Source: a virus. Taken from it: a DNA stretch of 64,000 nt. Location: the IMG/VR virus record IMGVR_UViG_3300035695_000002, positions 1 to 64,000 of that record. The stretch is one strand, 5' to 3'. Below, piece after piece: positions 7,968 to 17,682 of the stretch. Made by a program: the position numbers and the translations under genes. The notes beneath the pieces are model-generated. The model had not been told where the DNA came from, searched no databases, and was given only the letters and a program-made list of their open reading frames with translations. The stretch's first letter is position 1, and each line of letters opens with the position of its first letter.

Positions 7968-9662
7968 ATGGAAATAAAAGATTTAAAAGTGGGAATGTGG
8001 ATTACTTTTAATTCATATCAGGTAGAAAGTAATCATAATCTCATTAAAATTGCCGAAATTAAGGCTGATGAAAGTGTCAAAGGCAGCAATTGGATATTTA
8101 AGGACTATAAACATAACACCGGTACATGGGGTAAGCAGTCAATGAGTAATATTCAACCTGCTTCTATGGAACTAGTGTACAAACATTTCCCTGAAGAACG
8201 TCCTAAAGAAGAATACAGATATCATTGTGTAGAATGTACCACAGAAGAACAATGGCTCTTTGTTAAAGGTAAAACTGGTAATAAATCAATTGGTGAATTT
8301 AATAGAGAAACTACAGAAGGTAAAGCCACTACAATATGCTTTGATGGAACAAATAAAGGTGATATAGGATGTTATTGCTCCAAAGAATGGTATTTAGCTA
8401 ATAAAGCTAATATTATCTCATTTGATGAATATTGTCAGAAATTTGGCTTTAAATTAGAAACTATGACACCATCTACAGAACTTTCTTCTCTTCCTAAGAA
8501 ATGGTTTATAGCTCTTAATAATGACAATAAAGAGACTGTTGGTAAATGGAGAACCAAATTAATGCCTGAAGGATTTGTTCCTCCTGTAGAACTGAAAGAG
8601 AAAGAATATATCATTGGAAAGTGGTACAAACAAGGAGGATATTATGGAAAGCTCACAGGACAGAAAAGAAGTAATGGAGAATTTCCTTCTACAGAGTACA
8701 TTGGTAGTACTGGAAAGTATACCAACACCGGAAGTTTCTTCAGTGGATGGTATTCTCCTGAAGAAGCTATGTTAGAGGAAATCCAACAATATCTCCCAGA
8801 GGGGCATGTAGATAAAATTAAAACTATGGAAACATTCAAAGAAGGAGATTGGGTGGTGCTTCAAAAAATGACCCAGAATCATAATTCTAGCGGTATGGAT
8901 TGTGATATTGGTAAATGTGTTCAATTAACAGATAAAAACTTTACTAATTCATATGATAGTCCCACTGTTAATGTACCTAATAAAAATGGAAGTTATTGGG
9001 TGTGGATATTAAAATATGGAGGTTTTAGAAGAGCACACCCTCATGAAATCCCTTCAATGGAACCTAAAGTAAATACACATGTATTTAAAGTGGGAGATGA
9101 AGTAATAGGTAATCATGACACTGCCTATGATATTACGAAGAAAGGTTGGATTGGGAAAGTAACAGAAGTAAAGGATTGGCAATTAGGTAATATATATGTG
9201 CAATCGCTTGATGGAAGACAAGGTCCCTATCCTGTGGAAAGTAAGTATTTTGACTTATATTCTCCTAAAGGAGTTATTTCAGAACAAACAGGTCTTCCTA
9301 AGATGTCAAAGGAAGAAGAGTTGTTGATCGAAGCCAAAAAACGTTACCCTGTAGGGACTATTGTTAAAAAAATGGGAGCAAATGTTGGTGGAAAGTTCGG
9401 ATTTGAATGTAGATTTACAGATTGGAAATATTGGTCAGATAGTGGAAATTTCTTCATAGATAACAATCTGTTAATATATATGAATGGAAAATGGGCTGAA
9501 ATTGTAGAAATGCCAAAAATCCATGTAGAAGAGCAGGAAAGCTACATTAAGAACATAGAACTAAAAGGAAGTAAAAAAGATGGGAGAATTGACACATCTG
9601 TAAATACTATTAATTCCGTAAGTGTACAATTAGTAAAACCAAAAAAAGTAGTGTATTTTTAA
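7968..9662 (+). CDS. Mosaic multi-module phage protein (564 aa)
   Basis: Chain of short modules (LKVGMW, FKEGDW, FKVGDEV, LEEIQQYLPEGH, EAKKRYPVGT..GKWAEI). Confidence 0.75.
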   Translation: MEIKDLKVGMWITFNSYQVESNHNLIKIAEIKADESVKGSNWIFKDYKHNTGTWGKQSMSNIQPASMELVYKHFPEERPKEEYRYHCVECTTEEQWLFVKGKTGNKSIGEFNRETTEGKATTICFDGTNKGDIGCYCSKEWYLANKANIISFDEYCQKFGFKLETMTPSTELSSLPKKWFIALNNDNKETVGKWRTKLMPEGFVPPVELKEKEYIIGKWYKQGGYYGKLTGQKRSNGEFPSTEYIGSTGKYTNTGSFFSGWYSPEEAMLEEIQQYLPEGHVDKIKTMETFKEGDWVVLQKMTQNHNSSGMDCDIGKCVQLTDKNFTNSYDSPTVNVPNKNGSYWVWILKYGGFRRAHPHEIPSMEPKVNTHVFKVGDEVIGNHDTAYDITKKGWIGKVTEVKDWQLGNIYVQSLDGRQGPYPVESKYFDLYSPKGVISEQTGLPKMSKEEELLIEAKKRYPVGTIVKKMGANVGGKFGFECRFTDWKYWSDSGNFFIDNNLLIYMNGKWAEIVEMPKIHVEEQESYIKNIELKGSKKDGRIDTSVNTINSVSVQLVKPKKVVYF

Positions 9663-9694
9663 TCAATTATTAACAATTTAAACAAAAACAAGTT

Positions 9695-10054
9695 ATGAAC
9701 ACAGTAAAATCTTTCGTAAAACAATTCACAGCTTTCATTAAAGGTGACGATGCTGAAGCACAAGCTCAAAAAGTACTACGTCAAGCAGATAGTGCTCTGA
9801 AGTCCCAAATAGCCTCCTTAAATGGGGATACCATTACTTATGAGGATGCTGTAACAGCAGCAGAAGAGAAAGAAGGACTTGCTATCATCAATAATGGAAA
9901 ACCCATTACAGATAGGAGTTATTATGTTTCTGGTCTTTTGAATGCTAAAAACCAAGTGACAAGTGCTCAAGAAGCCCTAAAAACCCATTTAGAGAAAATT
10001 GCTTTCTTACAAAGCAAATTGGATGGATTGGGTGAAGAGGAAGCAGCAGCTTAA
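9695..10054 (+). CDS. Helical hypothetical protein
   Basis: Coiled-coil-like; strong leader and own terminator. Confidence 0.75.
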   Translation: MNTVKSFVKQFTAFIKGDDAEAQAQKVLRQADSALKSQIASLNGDTITYEDAVTAAEEKEGLAIINNGKPITDRSYYVSGLLNAKNQVTSAQEALKTHLEKIAFLQSKLDGLGEEEAAA

Positions 10055-10062
10055 TTTATTAT

Positions 10063-10088
10063 AAAAGGGAGAGAAATCTCCCTTTTTT
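10063..10088 (+). terminator. Rho-independent terminator
   Basis: AAAAGGGAGA-gaaa-TCTCCCTTTTTT. Confidence 0.9.
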
Positions 10089-10106
10089 CACTAAAATTTA
10101 AACAAA

Positions 10107-10760
10107 ATGGCTAAAAAGACATATAGAAAAGCGGTGATGAAGAACAAAAAGAAAGAGATTCTCACACCAATACAAGCTAAGCGTGTAGCTATTGCTAAAG
10201 ATGCTCTAAATCAAATAAAGCTTGAGAAATATAAAGTACTATCGGGGAACGGATATGTAGTGAATGACAAACTGGATAAAGAGGTGATTAAATTACACGA
10301 ATCACTAGTAGCAGAAGGAAAAGATGTTGCTAAAGTGGAATTACGTACTCATTTGGATAAACTTTTAGGAAAAGTCAAAAAGTGCGAAGTTTGTGCAAAA
10401 GGTGCGCTGTTCCTCAGTGCTATTAGAAAGTTCAATAATTTCTCATTAAAAGATTCTGTTAACTTCAGTTTTGGAACTGAGTTTTGCGAAATTGATGATG
10501 CTGCTAGTGATGAAACTAGAAAAATATTTGGTAAAGCAAACGCAGATTTGATTGAGAGATATTTTGAAAAATCAGATCCTTACAAAGATTTGAAGGATAA
10601 AGATGGAGATCATGTTGGTTTTAAATGGTCACATGGATACGAAGATGACCAAGAACGTTTAATTGCCATTTTGAAGAATATTATTGCTAATAAAGGCACA
10701 TTTGCTCCCAAAAAACTAGTATGGAAGTCCATAGAACAAATGGAGGCATCAGGTTGGTAA
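10107..10760 (+). CDS. Hypothetical phage protein
   Basis: CEVCAKGALF and RLIAILKNII motifs. Confidence 0.75.
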   Translation: MAKKTYRKAVMKNKKKEILTPIQAKRVAIAKDALNQIKLEKYKVLSGNGYVVNDKLDKEVIKLHESLVAEGKDVAKVELRTHLDKLLGKVKKCEVCAKGALFLSAIRKFNNFSLKDSVNFSFGTEFCEIDDAASDETRKIFGKANADLIERYFEKSDPYKDLKDKDGDHVGFKWSHGYEDDQERLIAILKNIIANKGTFAPKKLVWKSIEQMEASGW

Positions 10761-10879
10761 GATAATGAGATTGTTACTTCTCTCAAAGCTGAAGTAAATG
10801 GGCTAAATTAGCCTAAATTAAGAGAAAAAGGTCAAATATTCTGTAATTGTAACGGGAATTCTTAGTACAATTAGGTAAA

Positions 10880-10911
10880 TTTGTATATTTCATATAAATT
10901 ACCTACCTTTG
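10880..10911 (+). promoter_or_regulatory. Bacteroidota sigma-A type promoter overlapped by inverted repeat
   Basis: TTTG-N20-TACCTTTG. Confidence 0.8.
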
Positions 10912-10938
10912 TCTCTTTCTTATTAAATTGAAAAAACT

Positions 10939-11559
10939 ATGAAGAAATTAGTCTTATGGATGATATTAATGTTTTTCTTGGCTATAGGGATAACATCTCC
11001 TAGTCCTGTTAACAAGTTCTCCTGTAAAATAGTGGAGAAAAAAAGGCTGGAAACAAAGAAATTACATATTGACACAACAATGGCTATAAACGATAGCCTT
11101 TTAATACAATATTTGACAATTAAGCAATTTAAGGATACATTAGGGAAATATGAATCCTGGAATACATATAATATTACAAATAAATGGGGATTTAAGGGTA
11201 AATATCAGTTTTCTGATTATATGATTAGGAGGTTTGCTAATGTAAAACCTTCATATTTCCTAAGAAATGCTCAAATTCAAGAGAAATCAATGGACAAAGT
11301 ATGTAAATTTTATGTTGGATACATATATAGATATAATTACACAAAATATATAAATACCGAAGTTGATGGGGTAACAGTGACAATGGAGGCATTAATGTTA
11401 GGTTGTCATTTTAGTCCTTTATATCTAATGTGGTGGCTAGAATCCAATGGACAATTAAATCCCAGAGATGCTAACATTACAATAAAAGAATACATGAAAA
11501 GATTTGAAAACAAGGGAAATATCCTCATATACAAGGAATTACAGTGCAAAAATCTATAA
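10939..11559 (+). CDS. Secreted lysozyme-like / lytic transglycosylase
   Basis: Signal peptide; catalytic ES motif (LGKYES..Y..N.WGFKGKYQF). Confidence 0.7.
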   Translation: MKKLVLWMILMFFLAIGITSPSPVNKFSCKIVEKKRLETKKLHIDTTMAINDSLLIQYLTIKQFKDTLGKYESWNTYNITNKWGFKGKYQFSDYMIRRFANVKPSYFLRNAQIQEKSMDKVCKFYVGYIYRYNYTKYINTEVDGVTVTMEALMLGCHFSPLYLMWWLESNGQLNPRDANITIKEYMKRFENKGNILIYKELQCKNL

Positions 11560-12149
11560 ATGTGGGAGAAATACTAGTGTATGGTCTCCGTGATCCTAGA
11601 ACAGACGAATATAGATACATTGGTAAAAGTATGTCTGGTTTAAATAGACCAAAAGCTCATTTTACTTATTCACATAATGATAGTGTAAACATATGGGTAT
11701 TAGAACTTAGAGAACAAGGACTTTGTCCAGTTATAGATGTATTAGAGGAATGTCTAGAAGAAGAACTAGTTTCAAAAGAAAAGTTCTGGATTAATTTTTA
11801 TGAATCGACTGGCTGCAAATTATTCAATATTACTAAATATCGAGGATGGCAAAATGAAAAGCTTGCGGAAGAACTTAATAAAGAAAAGAAAAAATTACAA
11901 GAAGAACTTGATGGTATAAGAAAAGAGTCTATTGAAATATCCTCTATTGGAGGTTTTATTAAAAACAGAAGAAAAGAACTCAATATTACTCAAGAGAATT
12001 TGGCTGAAATAGCTGGAATCTCCGAAAATTCCTTATATAAAATCGAGAGAAATAAATCTAATCCTACTTTTGCAACATTAGTTGCTATCTTAGACATTCT
12101 TGGATTTGAACTAAAACCAGTATTTAAGTTAAAGAAATCGGATAAGTAG
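11544..12149 (+). CDS. GIY-YIG nuclease fused to XRE-family HTH
   Basis: VYGLRDPR..YRYIGKS; C-terminal RRKELNITQENLAEIAGISENSLYKIERNKSNPT; start codon uncertain. Confidence 0.75.
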   Translation: MQKSINVGEILVYGLRDPRTDEYRYIGKSMSGLNRPKAHFTYSHNDSVNIWVLELREQGLCPVIDVLEECLEEELVSKEKFWINFYESTGCKLFNITKYRGWQNEKLAEELNKEKKKLQEELDGIRKESIEISSIGGFIKNRRKELNITQENLAEIAGISENSLYKIERNKSNPTFATLVAILDILGFELKPVFKLKKSDK

Positions 12150-12196
12150 AAGCAGAATTTAACTCCCTCATGGTATAAATAAAACCAACAAAGAAG

Positions 12197-12430
12197 ATGA
12201 ATAATTTAGAAAAGAAGATTTTTGAGATTTTAACAGATGGTTTTGATTATAATTCTATACATCCAGATCATCTCAACGGATGGAGCGAAGATATTAACCT
12301 TTCTAAAGCCGTCTCTCAGTTCTTACTTGAGAAAATAAAAGAGGCTATGGTATATGCAAGATTGAAAGATTCAAAAAGTCTTGATGAGACTATTGATGAT
12401 TACCTAAAATCAAAATATAACATCCAATGA
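12197..12430 (+). CDS. Hypothetical protein
   Basis: ORF. Confidence 0.6.
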   Translation: MNNLEKKIFEILTDGFDYNSIHPDHLNGWSEDINLSKAVSQFLLEKIKEAMVYARLKDSKSLDETIDDYLKSKYNIQ

Positions 12431-12636
12431 GCAAACACGTTCAGTTCACCGAGATTAAAGAAAACCAAGAAATTTATTGGAGATGGAGAAAAGACTCCGG
12501 TAAGTCAATTAACAAATCAACAGTTCAATCAAAAATTATTACAGAACAAGGGCAAGAAATTTTAGAACTAAGTGATGGAAGTTTTTGGACAAACTATCCC
12601 AATAGAATCTTGTTTAAAGATATTGAAATTTTATAA
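12427..12636 (+). CDS. Hypothetical protein
   Basis: ORF coupled by ATGA overlap. Confidence 0.6.
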   Translation: MSKHVQFTEIKENQEIYWRWRKDSGKSINKSTVQSKIITEQGQEILELSDGSFWTNYPNRILFKDIEIL

Positions 12637-12652
12637 CCCTCACCTCCTAAAA

Positions 12653-12928
12653 ATGGCAACTATGAAAACAGAATGGATAAGCGTTAAAGACAAACTACCA
12701 AGACAGGGTAAAGAAGTTTTGGTTCGTTGGAAAGAATATAAAGGTAATTATCGAACGGTAATCGGTAAGAAATGGAATGAGCCTCAGTATCCTGAAACTC
12801 CTTGGCATTTTAGTTATTATGACTGCGACGGCAATAACATGCTCGATCATTCACAAGTCACTCACTGGATGCCATTACCCGAACCACCAAAACAACGAAC
12901 CTTAAACTCACAGACTCTAAATGGTTAG
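12653..12928 (+). CDS. DUF551-like phage protein
   Basis: WISVKDKLP...VTHWMPLPEPPK. Confidence 0.8.
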   Translation: MATMKTEWISVKDKLPRQGKEVLVRWKEYKGNYRTVIGKKWNEPQYPETPWHFSYYDCDGNNMLDHSQVTHWMPLPEPPKQRTLNSQTLNG

Positions 12929-13136
12929 TAATATGAAAACAAAACTTACGGACGTTGGATTTAAGCGAGTTATCAATAAGAAAAATCCTCTATCTAAAGG
13001 ACGTGAAAGAGCCTTTGTAAAATGTAGAAAATGCAAAACACAATCTTATTATGATTTCGTGCCATATTCTCTCAGTAATCCAATTATGACAACTCCCTGT
13101 GGTCACAGTTATTATCAATACTATAAATCATTTTAG
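12921..13136 (+). CDS. Small Zn-ribbon protein
   Basis: CxxC...CGH. Confidence 0.55.
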   Translation: MVSNMKTKLTDVGFKRVINKKNPLSKGRERAFVKCRKCKTQSYYDFVPYSLSNPIMTTPCGHSYYQYYKSF

Positions 13137-13139
13137 ACT

Positions 13140-13430
13140 ATGAAAGTAAAATACACCTCTTCCAAATGGTTCTTAGAGAACAATGGAGAGTGGATTGAGA
13201 TTGCAGAAGAAGATAAGGGGAGAGTTAATCAACTAGTCTGCTATACTCTTTTCAATGGCAATAGTCCAACTCCCGACACCGAGTATCAGTTACCGGACGA
13301 TGTTGGGTTTGAGATTGAAACTACATGTATTAACAAAGGAGAAAGATTAAATTGTGCTAACGAAACTTGTTGGGATTTAAACGAGTGTCAGAGAAATCCC
13401 GAATTAAAAATTGCTCACTTAAAACTATAG
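13140..13430 (+). CDS. Hypothetical protein
   Basis: ORF. Confidence 0.6.
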   Translation: MKVKYTSSKWFLENNGEWIEIAEEDKGRVNQLVCYTLFNGNSPTPDTEYQLPDDVGFEIETTCINKGERLNCANETCWDLNECQRNPELKIAHLKL

Positions 13431-13433
13431 TTT

Positions 13434-14018
13434 ATGGAACCACATACTGAAGAATGGATTATGAAAATAAGTAGAGAAGCCGAAGATTATTTTTGGTTAC
13501 AAACTGGATATAGAGATTTACCACGTTTTCACTATAAAGAAAATATTTGGTTCGTAGTGCATGATGATAAATCTGTAACCGTGATTCAAGTACATCAATC
13601 TCATAGTTATGCTAATGGAGAAAGAAGAGGAGTAATGGATGAATGGGAAATATTATGGAAAACTACTATTGATATTAATTCTTGGGAATCTATAATGAAA
13701 TTTACAACTGAAAAGAAAGTTGCTCATTTGGAAGTAGAGCAAAAGCAAGAAGGTGTTAGTGCTTCTTATGATAAAATTCTACAACAGCAGGATTTGAAAA
13801 TAGAGAAGAAAGAAGGACAATATTTCAATTCAAATTTCAAGAAACAGGAACAAAGCGAAGTTGAAAGACTGAGAGAGGAGAACGAGGAACTCAAAAAATG
13901 GAAAGAAGATGCTTTAAAGTTATGGCAAAATTGGTTTGTTGGAAAGGATGTTGACCCTATTAAAAAAATCCGCGAACTCGAAAGCAAATTAAGCCAGTTG
14001 GAGGGAAAGAAATCATGA
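13434..14018 (+). CDS. Hypothetical protein with C-terminal coiled coil
   Basis: ORF. Confidence 0.65.
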   Translation: MEPHTEEWIMKISREAEDYFWLQTGYRDLPRFHYKENIWFVVHDDKSVTVIQVHQSHSYANGERRGVMDEWEILWKTTIDINSWESIMKFTTEKKVAHLEVEQKQEGVSASYDKILQQQDLKIEKKEGQYFNSNFKKQEQSEVERLREENEELKKWKEDALKLWQNWFVGKDVDPIKKIRELESKLSQLEGKKS

Positions 14019-14138
14019 AAATCACTAAGAAATGGGCAAAAAGGGCTATTTATACAGGAATAGCCTTTTTTATTGTCTATATGACTGTATATTTTTATTT
14101 CCTATATAGGATATTATCACCTTTTATACATTAAAATA

Positions 14139-14567
14139 ATGGAAACTCCAGAGAAGAAGAATTGTATTTTTGCTTATTATAAGAATAATGAGTTTATGGG
14201 GATGAGGTGCGACTCTTTTGGCACTCTTAGAAAGGATTTTGCTAAGGTGTACACTTATTCTCCTGAACAAGTGGAAGTTATAAAAGATAACACAAAGCAT
14301 GAATTAGGGATGTCAGGAACAGCTTTTATGAAACTTATTCTCTCAGATGAACCTGAAATTGTAGAAAAAGTGAATAAAGGAGAATTAGAGAAGAGAGAAT
14401 GGGGTGAATTTGAACTCAGGGTATATAATTGGATGAATAGAGATGAATTCTATGAAATGTGTACACCTGGAGAAGAATGGAAAAGAAATAAGATTATAGA
14501 AGATTTCCTCAAAGAAACTCCTTTGGAAGTGCATAAATTTAAGACAGTATTAGGACAGGAAAATTAA
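14139..14567 (+). CDS. Hypothetical protein
   Basis: ORF. Confidence 0.7.
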   Translation: METPEKKNCIFAYYKNNEFMGMRCDSFGTLRKDFAKVYTYSPEQVEVIKDNTKHELGMSGTAFMKLILSDEPEIVEKVNKGELEKREWGEFELRVYNWMNRDEFYEMCTPGEEWKRNKIIEDFLKETPLEVHKFKTVLGQEN

Positions 14568-14578
14568 CCAATAGAATT

Positions 14579-15400
14579 ATGTTTAAGAATATGATGAAAC
14601 AAGCAGAAAAAGCAATTACTTCTGCTAGCAAACCTACAATAGCTGTAGTATCACAAAAAAAGGTGATAGAAGAGATTCATGAAACTTTCTTTACAGAAGT
14701 AGATAGACTGTTAGCAGAGGCTAAAATAAGCAAATCTACAGAAACTCAATATGAGGATTTGTTGAAAAAACAAGAAAGATTGAAGAATTTAGGCTTTTCT
14801 CAAACAAAAGAGATGATAGCCGCTCAAGCTGAAATAGCCAGATTAGAAGCTATTAATAAGGAAAATGCTAATAAAGAGACTTTAATTAAGGCTATTGAGT
14901 ATTTCTCAATGAAATACCCTACATATAAGTTCATTACAGAGCAATCAGTAAAGAAAATATGTCAAAAATATGGCCTTATATATGGAGGAATTGATAAATA
15001 CAAAGGTACAGTTCCTGATAGGGCTATTGAGGATATGGAGAGGTTTAAAATTGAAGAAGTTGACGAAGCTTGGATAAAATCTAGTGATTTTGTTGGATTT
15101 CGAGGAATAAGTAACGAGAGAACTTTTGTTTCTCATTACATAGGAACTAAGTCAACTTCAACAAGCGGTCATTATTATCATGAAATATTTTATAAAGCTT
15201 CTTTAGAAATAGCTGCTCCTTTAAGTGATTTTGATACAAGAGGAATGGAGACAAAAGACTTCCAATTATGTAGAATAGAAGTACCAGATCCTATTGTACT
15301 ACAGCCTGTAATGTTCAATAATAACAAATATTATTTAATCGTTACAGCTTGGGGATTGGAAGCTAAAGATGAGCTTGTATTTAATCCTAAAATGAACTAA
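14579..15400 (+). CDS. Conserved phage hypothetical protein
   Basis: C-terminal DPIVLQPV..YLIVTAWG.EA.D motif. Confidence 0.8.
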   Translation: MFKNMMKQAEKAITSASKPTIAVVSQKKVIEEIHETFFTEVDRLLAEAKISKSTETQYEDLLKKQERLKNLGFSQTKEMIAAQAEIARLEAINKENANKETLIKAIEYFSMKYPTYKFITEQSVKKICQKYGLIYGGIDKYKGTVPDRAIEDMERFKIEEVDEAWIKSSDFVGFRGISNERTFVSHYIGTKSTSTSGHYYHEIFYKASLEIAAPLSDFDTRGMETKDFQLCRIEVPDPIVLQPVMFNNNKYYLIVTAWGLEAKDELVFNPKMN

Positions 15401-15428
15401 TTTATGGAAATCAAAGAATTTTACACTT

Positions 15429-15902
15429 ATGGCAACATTAATTATTACATCAGGACTACCTTTTTCCAAAAGGGACTCTTATGTCAGAAACTTAGACAAA
15501 TCATACACCATTATATCCAGAGAAGTAAGTAGAGGGCACTTATTTGGGTATGATAGAGAAACCTCTACAGCTAGAGAGGTGGAAATCACCAGAGACATGA
15601 AATTTAGGCTAGGGAAAGCTTATTTAAGTGGTTTGGACATATGTTATAATTCAACTAATTGTATGGGATGCTTTATTGATAAACTTATAGCTGAATGTCC
15701 TGCCGAATATGAAATAAGGGTGAAATTCTTTGATTGTTCCATATATAGAGCTATAATAGGTAATATTCTCCAATGGCTTAAGAACAGTAAATGGATACCC
15801 ATAGATGTCCTCTTAGCCTTAAAAGGAGGATATGACACTATCGATAAGGATAAATATAGGGTATTTAACAACGAACTTTCTATAGTTCAAAAACATTGGT
15901 GA
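15429..15902 (+). CDS. Degenerate polynucleotide-kinase/AAA_33-like protein
   Basis: PNK-like layout but P-loop reads GLPFSKRDS and RDD reads REV. Confidence 0.55.
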   Translation: MATLIITSGLPFSKRDSYVRNLDKSYTIISREVSRGHLFGYDRETSTAREVEITRDMKFRLGKAYLSGLDICYNSTNCMGCFIDKLIAECPAEYEIRVKFFDCSIYRAIIGNILQWLKNSKWIPIDVLLALKGGYDTIDKDKYRVFNNELSIVQKHW

Positions 15903-15903
15903 T

Positions 15904-16140
15904 ATGGAAGAATTAGGAATCATTAAAGGAATTAATGTAGGCATGAGGGATGCTTATAGTCCTATCTGTTGGTTTTCTGTAGATACGCTATCTGGAGGGA
16001 GCTTACAAGTACTTTCTATTGAAGAAATGGCTAAATTAATAGAAAAACACAATATCTACAAACTCTCTGATTTGAATGATAAACCTTGTATAATGAAAAG
16101 AGAAGGTTCGATAATGACATTTATAGGTTTAAAAGTATAA
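15904..16140 (+). CDS. Hypothetical protein
   Basis: ORF. Confidence 0.65.
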   Translation: MEELGIIKGINVGMRDAYSPICWFSVDTLSGGSLQVLSIEEMAKLIEKHNIYKLSDLNDKPCIMKREGSIMTFIGLKV

Positions 16141-16480
16141 ATATGGACGAAATATATGAATTTATGGAAGATTGGGACCACCCTAATCTACATGGAGAAT
16201 CTTGGGAATATCATATACTAGAAGCAGCTCATATTTACTATGAGAACCATCCTGAAAGGCGTGTAATGAAGGATAAGAACATTATTTCCAATTATAAGTC
16301 TTGGAAAAGAGAGAAATATGCACCAGAAATGTGAAATATTATGAAACCTTATGGAAGTTTAGCCAATAAAGCAAAACAATGGTATTATTGGGGAGACAAG
16401 ATACCTAAGAAATTTAGAAGGTATTTCAATAAAGCTGCTCGTAAACTATTTAAGTTCAAAATATATAAAGAATCATCTAT

Positions 16481-17041
16481 ATGAATACATATTTGAATAA
16501 AATCAAGAAAACTCCTTCCATAGAACAGAAAACGTTTGTTAGAGACTATTTGGCTACATTTTTTAGTGGTTATAATGTTCTACATGGATTAGCAGGTCCT
16601 AACATAAATAGTTATATTAAATGGGCTATAGCACATAAATTTAAGGAAATTAACATTTATGAGAAGGATAGGAATATAATGATAAAACAATTAGGGGAAA
16701 TTAGAGGGAAAGTTCCTATTTCCCTTAAATTGGGGGATATTAACAATGTAACGCCTGAAGAAGGCGTTTTTTATGACCTAGACTATTGTTGCACTGTAAA
16801 TGCTGTAGAGGAGGCTGTTAGAAAGTTTGATAAAAACAACTTTATAATGACCTTCTCTAGGAGACTTGTAGGGAATAAGACAATAGACAGGTTTTTTGAA
16901 ATAAGAAATGAAATAGTGAAGGTTAAAAAGGAATTATTATTCCCCATAGAGCATACAAGATATGCTACAAATAGAGGGGGATATATTTATGCTCCTTATT
17001 TCGATACTTCTGCAATGTGTTGTATAGCTAAAATAAACTAA
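16481..17041 (+). CDS. Putative SAM-dependent methyltransferase-fold protein
   Basis: GLAGP, acidic IYEKD, GDI and DLDYC in Rossmann MTase order. Confidence 0.45.
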   Translation: MNTYLNKIKKTPSIEQKTFVRDYLATFFSGYNVLHGLAGPNINSYIKWAIAHKFKEINIYEKDRNIMIKQLGEIRGKVPISLKLGDINNVTPEEGVFYDLDYCCTVNAVEEAVRKFDKNNFIMTFSRRLVGNKTIDRFFEIRNEIVKVKKELLFPIEHTRYATNRGGYIYAPYFDTSAMCCIAKIN

Positions 17042-17043
17042 TT

Positions 17044-17283
17044 ATGAATATATTTAAAAAGATAAATATTCCCACAGGAGACACTAAAGAGTTAGTTGCT
17101 TTAGAGAATTGGACAGTAAAATGGAGGTCTAGATATGGTGATTTCAGCCATGAGACTACTGAAGAATGTGAAGTATTTACATCAAGAGAAGATGCTAATC
17201 AATTTGCTGAAGCCTTAAGAGATGCATTTAAATTACTCAAATATTCTAATGGAACTGAAGTAAATGTTAAAAGAACGAAATAA
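17044..17283 (+). CDS. Hypothetical protein
   Basis: ORF. Confidence 0.65.
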   Translation: MNIFKKINIPTGDTKELVALENWTVKWRSRYGDFSHETTEECEVFTSREDANQFAEALRDAFKLLKYSNGTEVNVKRTK

Positions 17284-17284
17284 T

Positions 17285-17551
17285 ATGAAACTAAAATTTT
17301 GGACACCTGAAGAAACTAACAGGCTTACAGAGCTTGTAAGAACATGTAAAACTAAACAAGAAGCTTTTAGAACTCTGTCTAAGGAGACAAAAAGGAGTAC
17401 TGGATGTATTCTACAAAAATACTACTCTATATCTGGAGAAGGAAAAAGAAAACCAGCAAAGCAATCTATACAGCTTCCAGAGGGATTTGAATTTAATTTT
17501 GTCCCTAAGAGAGCAACAATGCAGAAAAATAGTGTAACTTTGTATTTTTAA
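17285..17551 (+). CDS. Myb/HTH-like small DNA-binding protein
   Basis: WTPEE...RS..CI.QKYY pattern. Confidence 0.5.
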   Translation: MKLKFWTPEETNRLTELVRTCKTKQEAFRTLSKETKRSTGCILQKYYSISGEGKRKPAKQSIQLPEGFEFNFVPKRATMQKNSVTLYF

Positions 17552-17557
17552 AGAAAT

Positions 17558-17682
17558 AAACTACGGGCGGCTCCCTTCCTCCCAAGAAAGTAGAGAGTAA
17601 ATAGGAAGTAATTTTAAATACAACCTATAGAAGAGTTAAGGCTGACCTTAAAGCATCGTATTACAGGGGGCGAAAGTAGTTT
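17558..17682 (+). ncRNA. Candidate structured RNA
   Basis: AAACTAC/GTAGTTT, GCTCCCT/AGGGGGC, GTAAT/ATTAC and TTAAGG-ctga-CCTTAA stems; ends in T run. Confidence 0.55.

Noticed and set aside
17558-17682. HDV-like/theta or hammerhead ribozyme
   Set aside because: A TCCTCCC loop and CGAAA are present, but the P1 complement and the CUGANGA core cannot be placed
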